Shown here: piece by piece, positions 39,755-52,845 of the stretch | How positions within the stretch are numbered: position 1 is the stretch's first letter | Layout of the letters: each line of letters opens with the position of its first letter | Assembly: GCA_964016885.1 (NCBI GenBank) | Contig: OZ024740.1 | Span: forward strand, 337,280,001 to 337,344,000 | Direction of reading: 5' to 3' | DNA from: Eledone cirrhosa | Taxonomy: Eukaryota | DNA: 64,000 bases | Program-made: the position numbers and the translations under genes | Notes under the pieces: model-generated | Told to the model about the DNA's origin: nothing | The model's database searches: none | What the model saw: only the letters and a program-made list of their open reading frames with translations

Positions 39755-40714
39755 TCTGAACATAATGGAATCAAATTCCCATTGTCACTGCCGCCGTCTC
39801 TTTCACTATCCCCATCTCTCACTATTATAAGCAAATGGAGGCCCACGCTTCATTAAGCAGCATATTGAGGAAATGTGTTATATCATAACCGCAGGTCAAT
39901 AAAAAGCCACATAAGTCAAATTTGGTACATGTTTGGAAGCTTGTCGAATGGAACATTCTTGTTTTTGAATGGTAAGCTGACTTAACTTTTGTGATACCAT
40001 ATTTTTAATGAAAGACACTGCCTGTAATTTTCAAATACTATTGAAAATAATTAAGAATTTCAGGGATTTAGTAATATAACTTTCTCATTAAGCTGGTGTT
40101 CAGAACTTAACTTAAAGTTTCTTACATAAAATTTTAATGGAAGGTCTTTTTGATAAATATATACAATTTAAAACAAACAAATTTTGTATCATAGAACCAG
40201 AATGGGGCAGTTTCAGGTAGTTTGGTATCAAAAGGGTTAATCTGTTATCAATCTGGGTCTTGCGTATCTTTTGGGGGCCCCAGATATTTGGTCTTAGATT
40301 AATTCCCCCTCTTCTTCCCACTTGGTATGGAGGCCCTGTTTTAATCACTGACCTTCCACATCTGACTATGCCACTAAAAAAAAAAAAACAAATCTTGTAT
40401 TAAATGGATGTTTGCTGGATTTCTCTAGAAGATTAAAAGTGTTTTGGGCTATTATTTATCTTTAAAAAAAAAAATCAAAAAATTAGAGTAAAATCAAAGT
40501 TTTCCGAAATTTAATCTCAATTTCTGAAAACTTTATTTGGTAAAAACATATTCCATGAAACATTTTTCAGGAAGAAAATTCTCAATCAGGAAATAATAGA
40601 TTTTGTTTCTATGTTCAAATGTTTAATAATCTGATTGGGTTTTGTTTTTGTTAAGTTTTTATTTCAACTCACTGACCCACACTAGTTTTATGTATCAGTG
40701 CAGGATTCTGATTC

Positions 40715-41420
40715 TGATTGATGGTGATGGATGATGGATGGATGTGATTGATGATGATGGTGATGGTGATGGATGATGGCGGTGATTATGATGATGATGT
40801 GATGATGTGATGGTGGTGGTGGGGATGATGATGGTGGTGATGGTGGTGGTGTGGATGACGATGATGATGATTGATGATGACGATGGTGATGATGATGATG
40901 ATGATGGGGATGAAGATGGTGATGATGATGATGGTGATGATGGTGATGGTGATGATGATGATGGTGATGATGAATGATAATGATTGATGATGACGGTGAT
41001 GATGGTGGTGGTGGTGGTGGTGGTGAGGATGATGATGATGATGATGACGACGATAATGATGACGATGATGATGATGATGATGATGGTGGATGGTGATGAT
41101 AATGATGACAGTGATGATGATGGTGATGATGATTATAATGATGATGATGTCAGTGTTTATGAAGACGAAGATGATGACGGGTATGATGGTGATAATGATG
41201 ATGATGATGGATGATTGCAGGGTGATGATATTGATGATGAGGGTAATGATAGATGATAAAGTTTATGATGGTGAAGATGTTGATGATGATGGTGGTAATG
41301 ATGGTGATGTTGGATGATGACAGTGATTATGATGATGATGTTGATGATGATGATGATGACAATGTTTATGAAGATGATTATGACAGTGATAATGTTGATG
41401 ATGATGATGATGATGAGAAT
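40715..41420. repeat. Degenerate (GAT)n field
   Basis: GAT/GGT triplets. Confidence 0.9.
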
Positions 41421-44400
41421 AATGGTGGTAGTGGTGGTAGTGGTGGTGATGGTAATGGTGGTAGTGGTGGTGATGGTAATGGTGGTAGTGGTGGTGATGG
41501 TAATGGTGGTAGTGGTGGTGATGGTAATGGTGGCAGTGGTAATGGTGGTGGTGGTGGTAGTGGTGGTGGTGGTAATGGTGGTAGTGGTGGTGATGGTAAT
41601 GGTGGTAGTGGTGGTGATGGTAATGGTGGTAGTGGTGGTAGTGGTAATGGTGGTAGTGGTGGTGATGGTAACGGTGGCAGTGGTAATGGTGGTGGTGGTG
41701 GTAGTGGTGGTGGTGGTAATGGTGGTAGTGGTGGTGATGGTAATGGTGGTAGTGGTGGTGATGGTAATGGTGGCAGTGGTGGTGATGGTAATGGTGGTAG
41801 TGGTGGTAGTGATGGTGACGGTAATGGTGGTAGTGGTGGTAGTGATGGTGACGGTAATGGTGGCAGTGGTGGTAGTGGTAATGGTGGTAGTGGTGGTGAT
41901 GGTAATGGTGGTAGTGGTGGTGATGATAATGGTGGCAGTGGTATTGGTGGTGGTGGTGGTAGTGGTGGTGGTGGTAATGGTGGTAGTGGTGGTAGTGGTA
42001 ATGGTGGTAGTGGTGGTGATGGTAATGGTGGCAGTGGTAATGGTGGTGGTGGTGGTAGTGGTGGTGGTGGTAATGGTGGTAGTGGTGGTAGTGGTAATGG
42101 TGGTAGTGGTGGTAGTGGTGGTGATGGTAATGGTGGTAGTGATGGTGATGGTAATGGTGGTAGTGGTGGTAGTGATGGTGACGGTAATGGTGGCAGTGGT
42201 GGTAGTGATGGTGACGGTAATGGTGGCAGTGGTGATAGTGGTAATGGTGGTAGTGGTGGTGATGGTAATGGTGGTAGTGGTGGTGATGGTAATGGTGGCA
42301 GTGGTAATGATGGTGGTGGTGGTAGTAGTGGTGGTGGTAATGGTGGTAGTGGTGGTAGTGGTAATGGTGGTAGTGGTGGTGATGGTAATGGTGGTAGTGG
42401 TGGTAGTGGTAATGGTGGTAGTGATGGTGATGGTAATGGTGGTAGTGGTGGTAGTGATGGTGACGGTAATGGTGGTAGTGGTGGTAGTGATGGTGACGGT
42501 AATGGTGGCAGTGGTGGTAGTGGTAATGGTGGTAGTGGTGGTGATGGTAATGGTGGTAGTGGTGGTGATGATAATGGTGGCAGTGGTATTGGTGGTGGTG
42601 GTGGTAGTGGTGGTGGTGGTAATGGTGGTAGTGGTGGTAGTGGTAATGGTGGTAGTGGTGGTGATGGTAATGGTGGCAGTGGTAATGGTGGTGGTGGTGG
42701 TAGTGGTGGTGGTGGTAATGGTGGTAGTGGTGGTAGTGGTAATGGTGGTAGTGGTGGTAGTGGTGGTGATGGTAATGGTGGTAGTGATGGTGATGGTAAT
42801 GGTGGTAGTGGTGGTAGTGATGGTGACGGTAATGGTGGCAGTGGTGGTAGTGATGGTGACGGTAATGGTGGCAGTGGTGGTAGTGGTAATGGTGGTAGTG
42901 GTGGTGATGGTAATGGTGGTAGTGGTGGTGATGGTAATGGTGGCAGTGGTAATGATGGTGGTGGTGGTAGTAGTGGTGGTGGTAATGGTGGTAGTGGTGG
43001 TAGTGGTAATGGTGGTAGTGGTGGTGATGGTAATGGTGGTAGTGGTGGTAGTGGTAATGGTGGTAGTGGTGGTGATGGTAATGGTGGTAGTGGTGGTAGT
43101 GGTAATGGTGGTAGTGGTGGTGATGGTAATGGTGGCAGTGGTAATGGTGGTGGTGGTGGTAGTGGTGGTGGTGGTAATGGTGGTAGTGGTGGTAGTGGTA
43201 ATGGTGGTAGTGGTGGTGATGGTAATGGTGGTAGTGGTGGTGATGGTAATGGTGGCAGTGGTAATGATGGTGGTGGTGGTAGTAGTGGTGGTGGTAATGG
43301 TGGTAGTGGTGGTAGTGGTAATGGTGGTAGTGGTGGTGATGGTAATGGTGGTAGTGGTGGTAGTGGTAATGGTGGTAGTGGTGGTGATGGTAATGGTGGT
43401 AGTGGTGGTAGTGGTAATGGTGGTAGTGGTGGTGATGGTAATGGTGGCAGTGGTAATGGTGGTGGTGGTGGTAGTGGTGGTGGTGGTAATGGTGGTAGTG
43501 GTGGTAGTGGTAATGGTGGTAGTGGTGGTGATGGTAACGGTGGCAGTGGTAATGGTGGTGGTGGTGGTAGTGGTGGTGGTGGTAATGGTGGTAGTGGTGG
43601 TAGTGGTAATGGTGGTAGTGGTGGTGATGGTAATGGTGGCAGTGGTAATGGTGGTGGTGGTGGTAGTGGTGGTGGTGGTAATGGTGGTAGTGGTGGTAGT
43701 GGTAATGGTGGTAGTGGTGGTAGTGGTGGTGGTGGTAATGGTGGTAGTGATGGTGATGGTAATGGTGGTAGTAGTGGTAGTGATGGTGACGGTAATGGTG
43801 GCAGTGGTGGTAGTGGTAATGGTGGTAGTGGTGGTGATGGTAATGGTGGTAGTGGTGGTGATGGTAATGGTGGCAGTGGTAATGATGGTGGTGGTGGTAG
43901 TGGTGGTGGTGGTAATGGTGGTAGTGGTGGTAGTGGTAATGGTGGTAGTGGTGGTGATGGTAATGGTGGTAGTGGTGGTAGTGGTAATGGTGGTAGTGGT
44001 GGTGATGGTAATGGTGGCAGTGGTAATGGTGGTGGTGGTGGTAGTGGTGGTGGTGGTAATGGTGGTAGTGGTGGTAGTGGTAATGGTGGTAGTGGTGGTG
44101 ATGGTAACGGTGGCAGTGGTAATGGTGGTGGTGGTGGTAGTGGTGGTGGTGGTAATGGTGGTAGTCGTGGTAGTGGTAATGGTGGTAGTGGTGGTGATGG
44201 TAATGGTGGCAGTGGTAATGGTGGTGGTGGTGGTAGTGGTGGTGGTGGTAATGGTGGTAGTGGTGGTAGTGGTAATGGTGGTAGTGGTGGTAGTGGTGGT
44301 GGTGGTAATGGTGGTAGTGATGGTGATGGTAATGGTGGTAGTAGTGGTAGTGATGGTGACGGTAATGGTGGTAGTGGTGGTAGTGATGGTGACGGTAATG

Positions 44401-47400
44401 GTGGCAGTGGTGGTAGTGGTAATGGTGGTAGTGGTGGTGATGGTAATGGTGGCAGTGGTAATGGTGGTGGTGGTGGTAGTGGTGGTGGTGGTAATGGTGG
44501 TAGTGGTGGTAGTGGTAATGGTGGTAGTGGTGGTAGTGGTGGTGGTGGTAATGGTGGTAGTGATGGTGATGGTAATGGTGGTAGTGGTGGTAGTGATGGT
44601 GACGGTAATGGTGGTAGTGGTGGTAGTGATGGTGACGGTAATGGTGGCAGTGGTGGTAGTGGTAATGGTGGTAGTGGTGGTGATGGTAATGGTGGCAGTG
44701 GTAATGGTGGTGGTGGTGGTTGTGGTGGTGGTGGTAATGGTGGTAGTGGTGGTAGTGGTAATGGTGGTAGTGGTGGTAGTGGTGGTGGTGGTAATGGTGG
44801 TAGTGATGGTGATGGTAATGGTGGTAGTGATGGTGATGGTAATGGTGGTAGTGGTGGTAGTGATGGTGACGGTAATGGTGGTAGTGGTGGTAGTGATGGT
44901 GACGGTAATGGTGGTAGTGGTGGTAGTGATGGTGACGGTAATGGTGGTAGTGATGGTGATGGTAATGGTGGCAGTGGTGGTAGTGGTAATGGTGGTAATG
45001 GTGGTAGTGGTGGTAGTGATGGTGATGGTAATGGTGGTAGTGGTGGTAGTGATGGTGATGGTAATGGTGGCAGTGGTGGTGATGGTAATGGTGGCAGTGG
45101 TGGTGATGGTAATGGTGGTAGTGATGGTGATGGTAATGGTGGTAGTGGTGGTGATGGTAATGGTGGCAGTGGTGGTAGTGGTAATGGTGGTAGTGATGGT
45201 GATGGTAATGGTGGTAGCGGTGGTGATGGTAATGGTGGTAGTGGTGGTGATGGTAATGGTGGTAGTGATGGTGATGGTAATGGTGGTAGTGGTGGTGATG
45301 GTAATGGTGGTAGTGGTGGTAGTGGTGGTAGTGATGGTGATGGTAATGGTGGTAGTGGTGGTAGTGATGGTGACGGTAATGGTGGCAGTGGTGGTAGTGG
45401 TAATGGTGGTAGTGGTGGTGATGGTAATGGTGGCAGTGGTAATGGTGGTGGTGGTGGTAGTGGCAGTGGTGGTAATGGTGGTAGTGGTGGTAGTGGTAAT
45501 GGTGGTAGTGGTGGTAGTGGTGGTGGTGGTAATGGTGGTAGTGATGGTGATGGTAATGGTGGTAGTGATGGTGATGGTAATGGTGGTAGTGGTGGTAGTG
45601 ATGGTGACGGTAATGGTGGTAGTGGTGGTAGTGATGGTGACGGTAATGGTGGTAGTGGTGGTAGTGATGGTGACGGTAATGGTGGTAGTGATGGTGATGG
45701 TAATGGTGGCAGTGGTGGTAGTGGTAATGGTGGTAATGGTGGTAGTGGTGGTAGTGATGGTAATGGTGGTAGTGGTGGTAGTGATGGTGATGGTAATGGT
45801 GGCAGTGGTGGTGATGGTAATGGTGGCAGTGGTGGTGATGGTAATGGTGGTAGTGATGGTGATGGTAATGGTGGTAGTGGTGGTGATGGTAATGGTGGCA
45901 GTGGTGGTAGTGGTAATGGTGGTAGTGATGGTGATGGTAATGGTGGTAGTGGTGGTGATGATAATGGTGGTAGTGATGGTGATGGTAATGGTGGTAGTGG
46001 TGGTGATGGTAATGGTGGTAGTGGTGGTAGTGGTGGTAGTGATGGTGATGGTAATGGTGGTAGTGGTGGTGATGGTAATGGTGGTAGTGGTGGTGATGGT
46101 AATGGTGGTAGTGGTGGTAGTGATGGTGATGGTAATGGTGGTAGTGGTGGTAGTGATGGTGATGGTAATGGTGGTGATGGTAATGGTGGCAGTGGTGGTA
46201 GTGGTAATGGTGGTAGTGGTGGTAGTGGTGGTAGTGATGGTGATGGTAATGGTGGTAGTGGTGGTGATGGTCATGGTGGTAGTGGTGGTGATGGTAATGG
46301 TGGTAGTGGTGGTAGTGATGGTGATGGTAATGGTGGTAGTGGTGGTGATGGTAATGGTGGTAGTGGTGGTGATGGTAATGGTGGCAGTGGTGGTAGTGGT
46401 AATGGTGGTAGTGGTGGTAGTGGTGGTAGTGATGGTGATGGTAATGGTGGTAGTGATGGTGATGGTAATGGTGGTAGTGGTGGTGATGGTAATGGTGACA
46501 GTGGTGGTAGTGGTAATGGTGGTAGTGGTGGTAGCGGTGGTGATGGTAATGGTGGTAGTGGTGGTAGTGGTGGTAGTGGTGGTAGTGGTGGTGATGGTAA
46601 TGGTGGCAGCGGTGGTAGTGGTAATGGTGGTAGTGGTGGTAGCGGTGGTGATGGTAATGGTGGTAGTGGTGGTAGTGGTGGTAGTGGTGGTAGTGGTGGT
46701 GATGGTAATGGTGGCAGTGGTGGTAGTGGTAATGGTGGTAGTGGTGGTAGCGGTGGTGATGGTAATGGTGGTAGTGGTGGTGGTGGTAGTGGTGGTAGTG
46801 ATGGTGATGGTAATGGTGGTGGTGGTGGTAGTGGTGGTAGTGGTAATGGTGGTAGTGGTGGTAGTGATGGTAATGGTGGTAGTGGTGGTGATGGTAATGG
46901 TGGTAGTGGTGGTAGTGGTAATGGTGGTAGTGATGGTGATGGTAATGGTGGTAGTGATGGTGATGGTAATGGTGGTAGTGATGGTGATGGTAATGGTGGT
47001 AGTGATGGTGATGGTAATGGTGGTAGTGATGGTGACGGTAATGGTGGTAGTGGTGGTGATGGTAATGGTGGCAGTGGTGGTAGTGGTAATGGTGATAGTG
47101 GTGGTAGTGGTAATGGTGGTAGTGGTGGTAGTGATGGTGATGGTAATGGTGGTAGTGATGGTGATGGTAATGGTGGTAATGGTGGTAGTGGTGGTGGTGG
47201 TAATGGTGGTAGTGGTGGTGGTGGTAATGGTGGTAGTGGTAATGGTGGTAGTGGTGGTAGTGGTGGTGGTGGTAATGGTGGTAGTGGTAGTGGTGGTAAT
47301 GGTGGTAGTGGTGGTAGTGGTAATGGTGGTAGTGGTGGTAGTGGTAATGGTGGTAGTGGTGGTAGTGGTGGTGGTGATGGTAATAGTGGTAGTGGTGGTG

Positions 47401-49100
47401 ATGGTAATGGTGGTAGTGATGGTAGTGGTGGTGGTGGTAATGGTGGTAGTGGTGGTGATGGTAATGGTGGTAGTGGTGGTAGTGATGGTAATGGTGGTAG
47501 TGGTGGTGATGGTAATGGTGGTAGTGGTAATGGTGGTGGTGGTGGTAGTGGTGGTGATGGTAATGGTGGTAGTGGTGGTGATGGTAATGGTGGTAGTGGT
47601 GGTAGTGATGGTAATGGTGGTAGTGGTGGTGATGGTAATGGTGGTAGTGGTAATGGTGGTGGTGGTGGTAGTGGTGGTGATGGTAATGTGGTAGTGGTGG
47701 TGATGGTAATGGTGGTAGTGGTGGTAGTGATGGTGATGGTAATGGTGGTAGTGATGGTGATGGTAATGGTGGTAGTGATGGTAGTGATGGTGATGGTAAT
47801 GGTGGTAGTGGTGGTGATGGTAATGGTGGCAGTGGTGGTAGTGGTAATGGTGGTAGTGGTGGTAGCGGTGGTGATGGTAATGGTGGTAGTGGTGGTAGTG
47901 GTAATGGTGGTAGTGGTGGTAGTGATGGTAATGGTGGTAGTGGTGGTGATGGTAATGGTGGTAGTGGTGGTAGTGGTAATGGTGGTAGTGGTGGTAGTGG
48001 TGGTAGTGATGGTGATTGTAATGGTGGTAGTGGTAATAGTGGTAGTGGTGGTAGTGGTGGTGGTAATGGTGGTAGTGGTGGTAGTGGTAATGGTGGTAGT
48101 GATGGTGATGGTAATGGTGGTAGTGGTGGTAGTGATGGTGATGGTAATGGTGGTAGTGGTGGTAGTGGTAATGGTGGTAGTGGTGTTGATGGTAATGGTG
48201 GTAGTGGTGGTAGTGGTGGTGATGGTAATGGTGGTAGTGGTGGTGATGGTAATGGTGGTAGTGGTGGTAGTGGTAATGGTGGTAGTGATGGTGATGGTAA
48301 TGGTGGTAGTGGTGGTAGTGATGGTGATGGTAATGCTGGTAGTGGTGGTAGTGGTAATGGTGGTAGTGGTGTTGATGGTAATGGTGGTTGTGGTGGTAGT
48401 GGTAATGGTGGTATGGTGGTAGTGATGGTGATGGTAATGGTGGTAGTGGTGGTAGTGGTAATGGTGGTAGTGGTGGTAGTGGTGGTGGTGGTAATGGTGG
48501 TAGTGGTGGTGATGGTAATGGTGGTAGTGGTGGTGATGGTAATGGTGGTAGTGGTGGTAGTGGTAATGGTGGTAGTGGTGGTAGTGATGGTGATGGTAAT
48601 GGTGGTAGTGATGCTGATGGTAATGGTGGTAATGGTGGTAGTGGTGGTGGTGGTAATGGTGGTAGTGGTGGTGGTGGTAATGGTGGTAGTGGTAATGGTG
48701 GTAGTGGTGGTAGTGGTGGTGGTGGTAATGGTGGTAGTGGTAGTGGTGGTAATGGTGGTAGTGGTGGTAGTGGTAGTGGTGGTAGTGGTGGTAGTGGTAA
48801 TGGTGGTAGTGGTGGTAGTGGTGGTGGTGATGGTAATAGTGGTAGTGGTGGTGATGGTAATGGTGGTAGTGATGGTAGTGGTGGTGGTGGTAATGGTGGT
48901 AGTGGTGGTGATGGTAATGGTGGTAGTGGTGGTGATGGTAATGGTGGTAGTGGTGGTAGTGGTAATGGTGGTAGTGGTGCTAGTGGTGGTGATGGTAATG
49001 GTGGTAGTGGTGGTGGTGGTAATGGTGGTAGTGGTGGTGGTGATAATGGTGGTAGTGGTGGTGGTGATAATGGTGGTGGTAGTGGTGGTAGTGGTGGTAG
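41421..49100. repeat. ~7.7-kb compound trinucleotide array (GGT/AGT/GAT/AAT) with higher-order repeats
   Basis: Almost all triplets are RRT. Modules such as ggtaatggtggtagtggtggtgat recur. Register breaks only near 47688 and 48413. Confidence 0.97.
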
Positions 49101-49299
49101 TGATGGTGACAGTAATGATGGTGATACTTCTCATTACAAATGAAGATGATAAAGATAATGTTTGTGATGATGGATGTTGTTGATGATGATGATGGTGATT
49201 GTTGTGTTGGGAGTAATGATGATGAGAATGATGACAGTGGTGGTGATGTTTATAGAGATGATGTAGCTGATGATGATGATAATTGTGGTGACAGGGATG

Positions 49300-49607
49300 A
49301 TGTTTATAGAGAAGATGATATAGCTGATGATGATGATTATGATGATGATTGTGGTAGTGATGTTTATAGAGAATATGATATAGCTGATGATGATGATTAT
49401 GATGATGATTGTGGTAGTGATGTTTATAGAGAATATGATATAGCTGATGATGATGATTATGATGATGATTGTGGTAGTGATGTTTATAGAGAATATGATA
49501 TAGCTGATGATGATGATTATGATGATGATTGTGGTAGTGATGTTTATAGAGAATATGATATAGCTGATGATGATGATTATGATGATGATTGTGGTAGTGA
49601 TGTTTAT
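49300..49607. repeat. 60-bp tandem repeat, ~5 units
   Basis: Identical lines tagctgatgatgatgattatgatgatgattgtggtagtgatgtttatagagaatatgata. Confidence 0.95.
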
Positions 49608-49910
49608 TGAGATGATGTAGCTTATGATGATGATTATGATGATTATAATGATTATGGTGGTAGTATGGATTGTTATTTTGCTAGTGTTAATGATGATGGT
49701 GGTAGTTAGGTGATCGTTGTGGTGATAGTATTGACAGTCATTGTTGGTAGTAGTGGTGATTGTTGTGGTGTTGGTTGGTATTGGTGATAGCTGTTATTGT
49801 GGCAAGTGTATTTTACAGAAACCTTGGTTTGACTCAAGGTTTAGTAATTGAAATTAGATAAATGAAAAATTGTATGGAGGCCTGTTGAATGGATTGTTCC
49901 TGTAATTTAA

Positions 49911-50587
49911 CCCTTTAGTTACCAGCCTGGCCAAAACTGGCTCTGGTTCTATGAAATAAAACCACCCATTTTAAAGGTTTCCAATTTAAACCTTTAGCAT
50001 TTACATTACTCTATATCTACTATTGTATTTTCACGCTAAACACTTTATTTCACATAATTATCTCACATAGTATTGAATCTATAAGATTTTGATATTATTT
50101 GAGAACAATACCTTAACATAAATATGAGCAGCCAGTTATGGCCAATTTGAACAGAAAGAGGTGAGAGAATTCTGGCCGGACATGGCTGGTTTAAATGCTA
50201 AAGGATTAAATTAAAATCTTCCAACATAATTTTATATAAGAACCTTACATTAACCCTTTAGCATTTACATTATTATATAGTTACTATTGTATTTTCACAG
50301 TAAAGGCTTTATTTTAAATAATTATCTATGTAATATTAAATCTACGAGATTTTGATGTCACTTATTTTGAGAACAATACCTTAATATAAGTATGAGCAGC
50401 CAGTTACGGCTGGTTTGAACAGAAAGAGGTGAGAGAATTCTGGCTGGATATGGCCGGTTTGAATGCTAAAGGGTTAAGTTAACTATCTTACTAATGAAAT
50501 AATTAATAATTTTAGTAAATCCCTCAAAATTCTTCATTGATTAATTAAGATAGAATGTACTTCATGAGAAATGTGGTCATGAAAGGG
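49911..50587. mobile_element. piggyBac-like MITE (family A) containing two nested family-B MITEs
   Basis: TTAA|cccttt ... aaaggg|TTAA outer ends. Inner elements 49990-50205 and 50254-50473 are each flanked by TTAA. Confidence 0.75.
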
Positions 50588-51047
50588 TTAAAGGACCAGT
50601 TTTGTTACACATTGTGTTACAGAGATTATTTCTGAAGATTACACCAAGAGTACATATATCAAATCCCCCTAAGATCAATCAACTTTATCTTTTAGTCATG
50701 TGGGATTGATAAAATAAACTGCTAAAATACCAGTGTAGGGTAGAGGACTGATGAAATAGAGCAATGGGTACCTTGTGGTATTTGTTTCAGCTTTTTCTAT
50801 TCTGAATTTTTGGGTGATAGACTTAATTTATTGTCTGGTTTAACACCACAACCTAGTCCATATGTGACTTTAGCAGAGTATACTTTGTTGCAAGTATATG
50901 GACAGGATGTCTAGTTTGAGGTTACCTTTGTTTCTCCCTCCCACAAAACCTGGAATACTGATCATCAAAATTGATGAAAGATCCATTAAAATGTTATTTA
51001 CTATATTCTATGGATGAACGTCTAAATATTTTGGTAATTTGTTGTAG

Positions 51048-51167
51048 GAAATCTCACACATTGGTGAAGAAAAATGGTATGACTTAAATGTAACTGGTCG
51101 GCGCTTGACTAAAAGTATAAAAACTGTTGGCAAGATCTTCCTGAAGTTGAGTATTTCTGTCAAACAG
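51048..51167 (+). CDS. BAIAP3: Internal exon E of BAIAP3/Munc13-4-like gene (end of C2A)
   Basis: tttgttgtag| ... cag|gtaatt. 120 nt, phase 0 to 0, EISHIGEEKWYDLNVTGRRLTKSIKTVGKIFLKLSISVKQ. Has the C2 W-Y-x-L and G-x-I-x-L-x-L last-strand motifs. Confidence 0.88.
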
Positions 51168-51205
51168 GTAATTTTATCATCTATCACATTTCAGTCCAAT
51201 ATAAG

Positions 51206-51246
<41 letters not shown>

Positions 51247-52560
51247 CTTTTATTATTAAGGTTTTTGATGTTCTATTGAGAGAATCGTTTTTACTGAAAA
51301 TATCGAATAATGTACACTATTTTTACCAGTATCACAAAATACTGGTCCACCCACACACACACACACACATTCACACACACACACACACACACACATTCTC
51401 ACACACACACACACACACATATATACACACACACACATACACACGCGTACATTAACATACAAAGAGACATACACACACACACACACACACTTCTCCGTAT
51501 AAGACAAGAGCTGAAAAATATCTTTTAACATGTTAAAATATCCCCCACACACTTACAGACACATTCCTACTGACCATCCCTCTACCACGAATTACTCTGC
51601 TACACACACACACACACACTTGTCTTAATAGGCATTTGAACAGTCAACAGGCTGCGGTTCGCACACACATCCCTCAACGAACCTCTTTACTACTACTACT
51701 ACTACACACACACACATATTTGTCTTGAAAGACTTATTTTTCAGTGACTTCTCAATAAACCGAGACAAACCTACATTTGGTGCAAAATCAATTTTTAACA
51801 TTCACATGACCTCTACTGACCAATCAAAATTGTTTTGACCACAAGAATTTTTTCATACATCTGGAGCCACTTTTTTTACATAAAACAGGTAGAATTTCCA
51901 AAAACTAATCAGATCAAAGCAAACATCACGGGCGCTCTATCTCAAAATTATTTTTGAAAAGCATTAGAAATGCGCAACCGGTATGGGAAGAGATATATTC
52001 GATATGTCTCATATGAAATAATACAGCCAATTTTCCACGCAATACATTTAGTTAGCACTCCGAACGCTTAATTAGGAATATACTCACTTATTTCCTAATG
52101 TTTGTTGAGTGAGTTGGAATTTGGCCGGAGTATCGCTAAAAAGCTTTCTCCGATAATGTATTTATTTATTTACTCTTGGTGCAACAGATTTGAAATTCCC
52201 GGTATAAGGTTAGACTTTCTTTGTTTATTTTTTTATATATGAATATTGATTGTTTCTTATATCTCATTCTGTTATTTTGCCCGAGAAAATATCTGTGTCA
52301 TCAATCGTTGTACACACATAGATATTTTTTCAATTTCCAATTGAGTTCTAGCACGTGGCCTGAATTCCTTTTAGAGTTCATTGTCATGTGCATGTATTTT
52401 TTTTTTGGCAGTAATTTACTTCCTCATTTTTGAATCAGTTTGAGTATTTCTTTAGAACTGCTGGACTAGCAACCTGACAGATACCTCAGGCACTGATGAT
52501 GATTATCGCTAAATACTGATGTTGGTTAGATTATCAATATTAGTATTATTGGGGCACCCA

Positions 52561-52651
52561 CTGATGAATTATAGGAGCCCACTTGAATATATATCAAGCT
52601 CCTACATAAATTGGTATAATTTGTAGGAATCCTATAATGAAACGAGACGTC
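52561..52651 (+). ncRNA. Hammerhead-ribozyme core with branched stem II, stem I missing
   Basis: CTGATGA attatagga...tcctataat GAAA cg aga cg TC. Perfect 9-bp stem II enclosing two hairpins; GUC triplet; flanks are not complementary. Confidence 0.6.
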
Positions 52652-52807
52652 CGTCAAACTTAAAACCAAAACTGAATACTAACCAATACTATTACTAATT
52701 TTTACTTATTCCTAATTAAACTATTTTTCACTGGGAACAATTTGTCAGCATTTTCTTTTCCTTTTACCAATATATCATAACTCGTGTGTTACACCTCTAT
52801 TCTTTTA

Positions 52808-52845
<38 letters not shown>

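Noticed and set aside
41157-49183. Giant ORFs (1705-2623 aa; poly-T/I, G/S/N/D, V/M, H/Y) as real proteins
   Set aside because: They are open in several frames on both strands because RRT triplets cannot make stops in those frames. They lie in an intron, have no unique domain or signal peptide, and shift frame without consequence.
51245-52200. CpG-richer block that may be another transposon
   Set aside because: No termini, TSD, coding motif or second copy is identifiable within the window.
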